From NCBI GenBank assembly GCA_964013405.1, contig CAXGWI010000016.1:1-42634 (forward strand): a DNA stretch of 42,634 nucleotides, read 5' to 3'. Origin of the DNA: an uncultured Myxococcales bacterium (GTDB lineage: Bacteria > Myxococcota > UBA4151). How positions within the stretch are numbered: position 1 is the stretch's first letter; every line of letters begins with the position of its first letter. Shown in pieces: positions 18,112 through 26,216 of the stretch. The position numbers were made by a program, and so were the translations under genes. A model generated the notes under the pieces. That model searched no databases. It was given only the letters and a program-made list of their open reading frames with translations, and was not told the DNA's origin.

Positions 18112-19349
18112 GGCCGTTTCTGTGCTCGGCAGGACTGGGCAGCAGCTTCGAGAAGTTCTTTCGCACGGGCTGCCGTATCGGGAAGTTCCACCCAAGCGAG
18201 GCCCTGATCGACTTCCCTCCAGGCGATTTGAAACCCGTCACTCATCGATTGACCTCGTTTGGCCTTACTCATCGCTGGCGGTTGATTGTAGCGGGCCGAC
18301 AGACTGAGCTCCACCAAGGTTCGGTATTTCGAGCGCTTGGCGGGTTCATCGGTCAGGACACAGGCCACGACGCCCCGTTCTGCCCCTTTTTTTAGGAAAA
18401 CATACTGATCGCCGCCCCAGCCTTCGCTCAGCTGGGCAGCTAAGTCGTCTTGCTTGCCCGTTGGCGAACCCAGAAACCGGAATCCCAGCTCCCCAAAGCG
18501 ATTCCTTAAACTCTCCTGCCATGGGCCGAGCGCTGAATCGATCGTCAGGTGAACTGGGAGTGGCTTGTCGTAAGGGTACCTTTCCGGGTGCAGGAGTTGC
18601 TCTGTACTCTGCGGGTAATTTTTGTGGAGGGCATCCACGCCTGCCCATTTTTGCTTCTCCATTTTCTTGAGCAGGAGATCGATCGCTCCCGTGTAGGGGA
18701 AGATGAGGCTCATGCGCATATAGTAGGGGATATGTCGGGTGGTCAGCGTCGGGGCGTTGCGCGTCTGCTCTGCGACGCTTGCAGCTGCGGGAACGAGCGC
18801 CTCCATATCGGTGCCACCCATCGAGTAGGCGAGCATCGCAATGGTGGCATCGCCCTCGATCACCGCGGAGCGTGCAATGGTCGCATCGTCATTGCCGGGA
18901 ATCCGCTTGAGGGCCTTTTTGAGCCCGAAGTGTTGATCCTGCAGCGCATGGACCAACTCGTGCGCGATGATGGGTTTTTGGATGAGCCCTGGAAGCCACG
19001 TGGCCAAGACGAACCGTTCTTTAAAGGGGTCGAAATAGCCAGCGACCTGAGCGGTCACGAACTCTTCCAATGTGGCCCGGTAGTCCATCTCGCTGGGTAG
19101 CCACCCCAGGTGTTTGAGGAGCCGGCCCTCTTCCTCAAGGCTGTCCCCGGGGTACTCTTCTGCGATGCGTTGTTTGACGTAGGCGAGAATCTGCTTCTTG
19201 CTATGCGATACCGCCTTAACCGGTCGGAGGACCTTGAGGCCGCGGATCTCGCTGGTGACCGTCAAGACGTCGTCGACAAGCCCCTGTCCTTGTTCTGTGT
19301 TTGCCTGTAGCCCGATGAGGGCGAAAAAGATGGAGAGTGCCGTCGTCAT
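18108..19349 (-). CDS. Exported putative zinc metallopeptidase (HEXXH)
   Basis: Signal peptide; AGYFDP...IIAHELVHALQDQHF...EGDA...FPY...PQSTEQLLHPERY...GWGGD. Confidence 0.8.
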   Translation of the reverse strand: MTTALSIFFALIGLQANTEQGQGLVDDVLTVTSEIRGLKVLRPVKAVSHSKKQILAYVKQRIAEEYPGDSLEEEGRLLKHLGWLPSEMDYRATLEEFVTAQVAGYFDPFKERFVLATWLPGLIQKPIIAHELVHALQDQHFGLKKALKRIPGNDDATIARSAVIEGDATIAMLAYSMGGTDMEALVPAAASVAEQTRNAPTLTTRHIPYYMRMSLIFPYTGAIDLLLKKMEKQKWAGVDALHKNYPQSTEQLLHPERYPYDKPLPVHLTIDSALGPWQESLRNRFGELGFRFLGSPTGKQDDLAAQLSEGWGGDQYVFLKKGAERGVVACVLTDEPAKRSKYRTLVELSLSARYNQPPAMSKAKRGQSMSDGFQIAWREVDQGLAWVELPDTAARAKELLEAAAQSCRAQKRP

Positions 19350-19360
19350 GGAGATTCCCG

Positions 19361-19978
19361 TTGATCATTCGATCCCTTAACGCTCGAGCGATTGCAATTC
19401 TTTACTTTGGCGTGCTCATCGCTTGCGGTGACCCGGAGCCAGACATTTTCCATCGCACCGCCGACCTGCTTGGTCTCGACCTCCAGAAGCCCACAGTTTG
19501 GCAGTTTTCTGTGGACGATGGGAGCGAGGAGTCGTGGACCTTCACGCCAAGCCAGGTGGATGGATCCCATCAGATCTTACTGCAGCGCCAGTCGACCATC
19601 GATGGCATCCCGCTACCGAATCCCCGCGAAGACCTTTTGGGTATCGACGCCCTTGGCTTGGCCTGGCTTCGGCATGGGGACTGCGCCGTGGTTGCGCCCC
19701 CTTGCCGCGAGTTGCAATCAGCGCCCCTCCTTGTCCGGCTGCCCTTTCCGCCGGAGATGGAACCAGAGACGACCGATGTCGGCCTCCTTCCGGCAGCGAC
19801 CGGCCCGGGCCGGTTGCGCACCCGTGGGGTGCTCAATGGCCTCAGTTTTGAGCTCGTCTACAGTTGGGACTGGGATGGTGGAGGGGAGAGCACTTGGATG
19901 CTCGAGTCCAACACCGGGCTGCTTGAATTTACCGATGTCATCGCCGGTGGTTCCCCGCGGCACGGTAGTCGGTTATAG
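19361..19978 (+). CDS. Hypothetical lipoprotein
   Basis: Hydrophobic stretch ending in lipobox VLIA-C; fills the gap before the 20000 gene; start uncertain (TTG 19361 chosen). Confidence 0.5.
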   Translation: MIIRSLNARAIAILYFGVLIACGDPEPDIFHRTADLLGLDLQKPTVWQFSVDDGSEESWTFTPSQVDGSHQILLQRQSTIDGIPLPNPREDLLGIDALGLAWLRHGDCAVVAPPCRELQSAPLLVRLPFPPEMEPETTDVGLLPAATGPGRLRTRGVLNGLSFELVYSWDWDGGGESTWMLESNTGLLEFTDVIAGGSPRHGSRL

Positions 19979-19999
19979 CGGGGTTGTAAGGGGGCAGGG

Positions 20000-20830
20000 A
20001 TGAAGCTCGCATCTACACTGATGGTTGGCGCATTGCTTGCGACGTCTTGTGCTTCGGCGCCTGTTCAGGAAGCTGACTCGGGGAAGGTTCATGCCGTGGC
20101 AAAGCGGATCGAGCCGAACCGCGCCGACTTCCGGGTGTTCAAGGGCAACATCATCGTGGGTGTCGGCAACCGGAGCCAAGGGACAAAGGCCGTCGGTCAA
20201 ATCGAGGTAACCCTTGCGCCTGAAGGGGTTGGGGCAGGCCCGATCGTTGTTCGTGGATCTGGCGACGGCGAGCGTCTCGAGACGGGGCAGGAATTGGAAT
20301 TGAAGCTGCCAGTGAAGTGGGCCTGGCCCACCGAGTCGGCCAGCTATGTAAAGCTCCTGAGCCAAGAGAGTGTCCCCGTGTCGTTGACGGGCTGGGCCGA
20401 GGTCGGCGGTGATCGGGTGCCGGTCCAAGGGGCCCTCCAAGCGCCACTGCCCGTTTTGCCGGCGGTGACGGTGCGCCACGTTGAGGCGACCCGTGAAGGG
20501 GATTTGAGTAAGGCCGATCTCACCTTCGAGATCGAGATCAAAAACGACAACCCGTTCACCGTCAAAGTGAAAAAGGTGGTCGGAACGATCGTCCTCGAAG
20601 AAGTTCCCATGGTCACGGATCATCTGATCTCCGGCTTCGAAAAGGTGGGGGCCGGATCATCCCATGTGATCAATGTGCCTATGGAGATGGATGGAGAGAG
20701 TCACAAGAAACGTCTCCGAAGCCTTCTGCGGGGTGGAATCCTCGCCTACCGAGTTACCGGCGTCGCCACCATTCACCACGTGGATGTGCCCATCGACCTG
20801 ACAGGAGAGGTCACGTTCCCCGAGTTCTAG
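20000..20830 (+). CDS. LEA type 2 / WHy-domain lipoprotein (probably two beta-sandwich domains)
   Basis: Lipobox LATS-C; IEIKNDNPFTV matches the WHy N-x-N-P motif; YRVTG near the C-terminus. Confidence 0.7.
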   Translation: MKLASTLMVGALLATSCASAPVQEADSGKVHAVAKRIEPNRADFRVFKGNIIVGVGNRSQGTKAVGQIEVTLAPEGVGAGPIVVRGSGDGERLETGQELELKLPVKWAWPTESASYVKLLSQESVPVSLTGWAEVGGDRVPVQGALQAPLPVLPAVTVRHVEATREGDLSKADLTFEIEIKNDNPFTVKVKKVVGTIVLEEVPMVTDHLISGFEKVGAGSSHVINVPMEMDGESHKKRLRSLLRGGILAYRVTGVATIHHVDVPIDLTGEVTFPEF

Positions 20831-20862
20831 TCCCTCTGTTCTCGGCCTGAAGCAGGATTCCC

Positions 20863-23241
20863 ATGTCACTACCGTTCCTCCTTGTCTTGGGTCTGACCGT
20901 CGTGCCGGACCCGCCTCAAGCGGGTGCGCCTCTCGAAGTCCACGTCCCGCTAGGGGTGAACCGCAATATCGACAGTGCGACCGTGCGCGTTGCTCGACGG
21001 GCAGGAATTCCCGTCGCCGAAGTCTTGCTGGTGCGCGACGTCGGGGGGCTATGGAAGGGGGTCATCGATGGCAGTCTGGTGAAACCGCCTCGCCTGGGGT
21101 TGTGGGTCAAGGTCCGTGGGCGGGACGGCCGCTACCGAAATGTGCTTGGGAGTGCAGATCAGCCGGTCTGGGTGGACGTTGCTGGCAGCCCGCAGACAGC
21201 GGAAGCCGGGGTGCCCCAGTCGGCGGAGGCTAAGCACCTGGAGCAGCTGCGGCGGGCAAACCAGCGCCCTGAACTTGGCTTCCGTCGACTGCAGCCGCCA
21301 CCGAGTTTGCGTAGCAGGCTTGCCCACGAGGTGGGGCTTGAAGCGGCGATCGGTGTCGATGGTCGTTGTCGCCCGTTGGCTCTTGGAAGGACGACAGACC
21401 GCTTTCAGGCTGTTGACTTTGGGCTGCTCACGGTGACGGATCCTTGGGACGGCTCGATTCCCTGCGATCTCTACGTGCCTGCGGGGAGCCATGTGAAAGG
21501 CGAAGATGGTGTGATTCGGGTCGCCGAGCACGGTGGGGGACGCTACGCCAGTCTTCGGGGGGGGCTCCCTTCGCGGCTGGGGCTTGAGGGCGGAGGAGAA
21601 TGGCTTGGCCGCCGTTGGACTCTTCAGTACCTAGAGGATCTGGCACCTTCGGGGCTGACGGTCGGTACGGACCACAGCGAAGGGCTGCCGAGTCGGGTGG
21701 AAGATCGTCGCCTCGGGGATACCTCGCGGCGCATTTTTGTCAGCGCCGGATCTCCTGGTCGCTCTGGGATCGGTGTCTTCCATCAGGCTGCAGGGGGCTA
21801 CCTGGGGCCTTTCGACACCCTCGTTTCCGGCTTCGCCCGCCGGCAGCGTACCGCGCTCATGGTGGGTTTGAAGCATGAGAAGGGGCCTCTCATTGGCCGC
21901 GTTCAAGCGAGCTACTGGTACCAGGATGACCAACGGGAACTTGCTGGGCCTGGGTTGCGGCTGCGAGATGCGGACGGCGACGGCTTGGATGAGATCTTCC
22001 CATCCGGTGTACAGGTCCACTCGAAACGCCATCTTCTGAGCCATCGTTCGGGTTTGGTCTACCTGCCCGATGGGGGGGCTTGGCGATTGGGTGGGCGGTT
22101 AAGAGCCCATGGCTTGGTCCATTTACACGGGGCTTGGGCGAGTAATCTCGGGATCGATGGCCGCTCCCTCTCAGAGGTGGTTAATCACCCCCAGTTTGGT
22201 GATTTGGGCGCGTCTTTGTCTCAGCCCTCAAGTTGGGGAGATGCCTTTCATGAGGGCTTCCTCGTGGGTGAAGTCCTGGCTCGCCACCGCCGTGGAAGTT
22301 GGCACTTTCATGGGGCCTTCGGACCCGTCTGGAGCCGCCGTTCGAGATCACCGATTGCCGCTGATGTTTCCGTCCGACGACAGCAGCCGGGGCAGCGGTT
22401 TGTCGTTCGACTTTTCGCCCAGCCAAGGTTGCGGCTACTCGATCGGTGGTTCGACCCCTTGGGGCATCTGGCTGCGAACCTGAGCGAGTCCATGCCCTAT
22501 GGTCACCAGCTCATTCGCTTGCACCCGACGCTCCATAGAGACCCGGTTCGGCCGCCCGATGCACCCTATCAGGAAGGTCTGGAGGCAAAGTATCTTCGGC
22601 GGGAAGCCCGCGCGGTGGGGATTTGGCGCTACCGATTACTTGGCGGACTGCATCGTGCATTGCATGCGATGGACGGTGTGAATCGTAGTGGTCAACAGCA
22701 TCCCTACGTTGATGATGGCGATATCGTTGAAGCCTGGATACGGGGGACTATTGATTTCGCCGCGTGGTCTGGATTGCGCTTCTACGGCAGCATTTGGATG
22801 GGGCAGAGTTGGGCGCCTGTGATCGAAGGAAAGGACTACGATGAAGGGGTCACCGATTCGCTCACGGCGCTGTCCGACTATCCCACCTGGCGCTGGGTGA
22901 ATTCGATCGACCAACGTATCTTCGATGCCTGGTCCACGGGGGGCAGTTTGGTCGCTTGGGGGATCCAGCGCTCCTCTGAGCGGCATCGACTGACTGCACT
23001 GCATACATTTCAAATCCCCGCCCAACTAAAAATCGGGGCTTGGGTTCGGTATCACCGTGGGCCCTGGTCCCTCGCTTTGCGTTTCGAAAACGCCATGAGC
23101 CAGCACTTGTTGGCCCCCGTCCCACGACCGGATCGGGTGCCAGGCCTCCTCCCCGTGGCCCCCCGGATGGTTCTGCTGGATTTGGATTGGCGGCCCCAAG
23201 GAAAGCCCGATGAGGTCGTTCCTTTTCGGTCCTCGTTTTGA
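20863..23241 (+). CDS. Exported protein, probable divergent TonB-dependent-receptor-like outer-membrane beta-barrel
   Basis: Signal peptide; N-terminal Ig-like segment; many amphipathic W/Y/F strands; C-terminal SLALRFENA...PRMVLLDLDW resembles TBDR ends. Confidence 0.5.
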   Translation: MSLPFLLVLGLTVVPDPPQAGAPLEVHVPLGVNRNIDSATVRVARRAGIPVAEVLLVRDVGGLWKGVIDGSLVKPPRLGLWVKVRGRDGRYRNVLGSADQPVWVDVAGSPQTAEAGVPQSAEAKHLEQLRRANQRPELGFRRLQPPPSLRSRLAHEVGLEAAIGVDGRCRPLALGRTTDRFQAVDFGLLTVTDPWDGSIPCDLYVPAGSHVKGEDGVIRVAEHGGGRYASLRGGLPSRLGLEGGGEWLGRRWTLQYLEDLAPSGLTVGTDHSEGLPSRVEDRRLGDTSRRIFVSAGSPGRSGIGVFHQAAGGYLGPFDTLVSGFARRQRTALMVGLKHEKGPLIGRVQASYWYQDDQRELAGPGLRLRDADGDGLDEIFPSGVQVHSKRHLLSHRSGLVYLPDGGAWRLGGRLRAHGLVHLHGAWASNLGIDGRSLSEVVNHPQFGDLGASLSQPSSWGDAFHEGFLVGEVLARHRRGSWHFHGAFGPVWSRRSRSPIAADVSVRRQQPGQRFVVRLFAQPRLRLLDRWFDPLGHLAANLSESMPYGHQLIRLHPTLHRDPVRPPDAPYQEGLEAKYLRREARAVGIWRYRLLGGLHRALHAMDGVNRSGQQHPYVDDGDIVEAWIRGTIDFAAWSGLRFYGSIWMGQSWAPVIEGKDYDEGVTDSLTALSDYPTWRWVNSIDQRIFDAWSTGGSLVAWGIQRSSERHRLTALHTFQIPAQLKIGAWVRYHRGPWSLALRFENAMSQHLLAPVPRPDRVPGLLPVAPRMVLLDLDWRPQGKPDEVVPFRSSF

Positions 23242-23350
23242 GGCGAGCCGGTCCCTAAATCTTGTCCGCTAAATCCAAAAATTAGACCAGAACCCACAAA
23301 GACCTACAATCACCTCCAAGCGGGCATGGTGTCCGTAATGTGAGGTGATC

Positions 23351-23512
23351 ATGGGCTCGAAGAAGACGAAGCAGAGTGTTTATCTTCCGGACGATATGCT
23401 CGAGGAACTCCGGGATCAGGCCGATCGGCTCGACCGGCCCGTCAGTTGGGTACTTCAGCAGGCCTGGCGCATTGCCGAGGAGCGGATTCGAACCTTCCCC
23501 GCCTTGCCGTGA
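23351..23512 (+). CDS. CdbA-like small ribbon-helix-helix protein (MXAN_4361/4362 family), 53 aa; absent from the ORF track
   Basis: Manual translation MGSKKTKQSVYLPDDMLEELRDQADRLDRPVSWVLQQAWRIAEERIRTFPALP*; RBS GAGGTG; matches the recalled KQS.Y.P..ML.E...R.DR..SW..Q.AW.IA family pattern. Confidence 0.88.
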   Translation: MGSKKTKQSVYLPDDMLEELRDQADRLDRPVSWVLQQAWRIAEERIRTFPALP

Positions 23513-23529
23513 ACGAGAACTGTGACGGC

Positions 23530-24522
23530 CTATCGCAGGTCGATTACGACCCGGGTCGTCGGCTCTGCGCGCCCTTGAGTCCAGTAGTAAGCGGCACCAC
23601 CGACGAGGATCACGGCACCTAGGCTCACGCCGATCATCCGCCGGGTGCGTAAAACGCTCGCAGAATGATCTTTTGGTTTGTCCAGCCCCAGGGCCAGCGG
23701 CCGGCCCCGCCGACCGCATGTTATCCCGCTGTCTTGTTGGCCCATCAAATCGCCCTCGACGACGAAATCAACGAATTCGATCTGAATCGTCTGCCCGGTA
23801 CCGGCACGGAGTTGGGCGGCACCGGTCGCCCTTAGCCTCGCCTTGTCGACGCAGTTGGCAAGGACGGGCCCGGTCAGTTCGAAGCGCACATCACCGCCGG
23901 TCATCAAAAAGTGATCTGAGGGCAAGTCCACGTCGGGGCAGCCGGCCCCACGCAGTCGAATACTGGTCGCCTGCAGGTGATTTCTCGTCTCCTCGACGAG
24001 GTCCATACTGAGTTCACAGCGTTCGTTGACCCGGGCCAGAAGCTGGGCTCGGGCGAGGCAAGCGCTCTCGATGGCGGTCTGCTCAACTTCAGCCATCGAA
24101 GTGCCAAAGGTCCCCGTACCTTCCAACTGGGCCTCGCTTAAGTCGATGCTCTGTCTCTGTTCACTGATGACTTTCACGATACCTCGAGCCCGCAAGGGGG
24201 AGACACAGGATGCTTCGACCGGCGCGAGGGGGGGCAAGTCTTCTGGGCCTTCGGCCTGATCTTCACCCTCGGGCATGATCTCGCCGTCGTCGGCACCTTC
24301 ATCCTCACCCTCAGGCATGCTGTCCGCTGGTGATACATCGTTTTCTGCCGGGGGGGTGGTAGGCGTCGGGGAAGGCTCGTCCTCTCCCTCCGGCATATCG
24401 TCCTCCCCTGGCGGGAAGTCTTCACCAGGCGTCGATTGGAGGACGGCCGTCGCCAGAGGCTGAACCCACTGGGGCATCGGCATCGTCAGCGAACAAAGGA
24501 TCATGGCGAGGGAGAGCGTCAC
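23530..24522 (-). CDS. Hypothetical exported protein with acidic MPEGED repeats and a C-terminal TM segment
   Basis: GTG start overlaps the upstream stop (GTGA); signal-like N-terminus; three MPEGED; C-terminal IGVSLGAVILVGGAAYYW. Confidence 0.65.
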   Translation of the reverse strand: MTLSLAMILCSLTMPMPQWVQPLATAVLQSTPGEDFPPGEDDMPEGEDEPSPTPTTPPAENDVSPADSMPEGEDEGADDGEIMPEGEDQAEGPEDLPPLAPVEASCVSPLRARGIVKVISEQRQSIDLSEAQLEGTGTFGTSMAEVEQTAIESACLARAQLLARVNERCELSMDLVEETRNHLQATSIRLRGAGCPDVDLPSDHFLMTGGDVRFELTGPVLANCVDKARLRATGAAQLRAGTGQTIQIEFVDFVVEGDLMGQQDSGITCGRRGRPLALGLDKPKDHSASVLRTRRMIGVSLGAVILVGGAAYYWTQGRAEPTTRVVIDLR

Positions 24523-26114
24523 CGGCCCCCCTCCGGAAGATAGAGTTCCGTCAGCGTGCTGCTGCCCTGGCCGCCTGGGCATTCCAAACAGTTGATCAAG
24601 CCACCGGCAAAGACGATGTGGTCACCGACGAGCGCAAAGGCTGTGCCGCCTCTTGCGCGACTCAATTCAAGAACTTGCCCATCGGGGTCCTTCAAGACCG
24701 GCATGGTACGTCTGCTCTCTTCCGTTCGGTCATCGTACCGGACCACCGTGGCACTGGGGGTGGTGAGTGTGAGGTCGCGAAAGCCCCCTGTCAGAATAAC
24801 GGTCTGGCCACCCTCCACACTCAGGACGGCTGGGTAGAGAACAGCTGCTTCCTCGGGCAGTCGTGGGGCGCGGAGTAATCGATTATCGCTGGGCATATAT
24901 AGATAGCTTGAACTCCTCGCAGGGGCGCGAAAGCCATCGGCCGTTCGAGTCAGCCCGCCGAGCAGGGCCCAACTACCGTCTGCGAGCCGCCCGTGGCCGC
25001 CAAAGAAGGTGTTTGCGCTGGCATCCCAACTGCTCGGCGAGAGTTCAGTGATCTGTCCGGCCCGGAACCGCTGCGGCCCTTGGGGTTCCCCGCAGACCTC
25101 GCCGCCGAACAGGATGATCTCGTTGCCCTCTTGGAGGCCCCGATGGCCTGCCCGCGCACATCCCATGTCGACCGTTCGGCTTTCCGAGCCCAACAATTCG
25201 CCGTTGACCATCTCCAGGCGCACGAGCTCCGAAGTCGCCTCGCCCGTGGCATCGACACCGCCGGCAACGATCAACTCCGTCCTCCCCACCCGGTGCAGGC
25301 TATGGTGGAGTCGGGGGGGAGCCCCTAGCACCTGGGCCCATTGGCCGGTCCTTGGATCCCAGAGGGCAGCCGCCTCGAGGAGGTCACCGGGCTCGGCGGC
25401 CACTGGCCAGGCGCCCCCGAGGGTGAGACGTCTCGCACCGCCCACAACCAAGACCCGACCATCGTCCATTAAGACCGCCTGATGCCCGGCCTGGGGCATG
25501 GGGAGGTCGCCAGTACGCTGGAAGGTCGACGATTGGGGGTTATAAATCCACGAGGCCCGGGATGCCTCGCCCTGACGGCAGCCTTCGCAGGCATCACTGG
25601 CCGTGATCTCGGAGATCCCGCCAGCGAGCAATGCCCGGCCATCCGGCAGTGGGGTGAGGGTGGCGAAGGCGACCCCTCGGTCAGGGCCGCCCCGGGCGCA
25701 GTCCGGTTGATTAGGCCGGCTAAACAAAAGGTCGAGTTCTAGGATGGCATCGGCCCGGGTGGCCACTTCGACAGCGGTCGCCCGCCACCAGGCTTTGCCT
25801 GCTTGGGCTTCCGGCGTGTTACGGTAGCCATTCACGGTCAGGGTCCAGCCTTCGCCGATCGGGATCTCATCGAGATCAAGGCGATGGGTATCTAGGCTGG
25901 AGGGGGTGAGGATATCCACGGCACGACCATCAACTCCATCCATGGTAAGCTGCAGCCATCTAAGCTCGTGGGTGGTGAGTGCTGTGCCCTGAGCAGAACA
26001 CGCGCCGGTGCGTCCCGATGCCCTCAGAAAGCTGAGGTCGAGGCCAGGCGCTTTGGGGGCATCGCAGCCAAAGAGGGCGATGCCAATAAGGAAGATACAG
26101 CCATGCTGTTTCAT
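24519..26114 (-). CDS. Kelch-repeat (beta-propeller) lipoprotein
   Basis: RBS AAGGAGG before ATG 26114; lipobox LFG-C; repeated blades DGRALLAGG, DGRVLVVGG, LIVAGG, IILFGG, ALLGG, ILTGG, IVFAGG. Confidence 0.85.
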   Translation of the reverse strand: MKQHGCIFLIGIALFGCDAPKAPGLDLSFLRASGRTGACSAQGTALTTHELRWLQLTMDGVDGRAVDILTPSSLDTHRLDLDEIPIGEGWTLTVNGYRNTPEAQAGKAWWRATAVEVATRADAILELDLLFSRPNQPDCARGGPDRGVAFATLTPLPDGRALLAGGISEITASDACEGCRQGEASRASWIYNPQSSTFQRTGDLPMPQAGHQAVLMDDGRVLVVGGARRLTLGGAWPVAAEPGDLLEAAALWDPRTGQWAQVLGAPPRLHHSLHRVGRTELIVAGGVDATGEATSELVRLEMVNGELLGSESRTVDMGCARAGHRGLQEGNEIILFGGEVCGEPQGPQRFRAGQITELSPSSWDASANTFFGGHGRLADGSWALLGGLTRTADGFRAPARSSSYLYMPSDNRLLRAPRLPEEAAVLYPAVLSVEGGQTVILTGGFRDLTLTTPSATVVRYDDRTEESRRTMPVLKDPDGQVLELSRARGGTAFALVGDHIVFAGGLINCLECPGGQGSSTLTELYLPEGGR

Positions 26115-26216
26115 CGCTTTCGCCTCCTTCTTCGCCTCGGTCATAACTCGGCTTTGATTCCCATGGGACGCCGTGATAACCGGCTCCGCCCTTACCCTCT
26201 TCATCGGGAGCAATCG

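Noticed and set aside
23255..23275. CTAAATC direct repeat upstream of the CdbA-like gene
   Set aside because: Only two 7-mers; too weak to call an operator without comparative data
23282..23719. 145-aa minus-strand ORF in the track
   Set aside because: It overlaps the better-supported CdbA-like gene and the 23530 gene, and has no motifs
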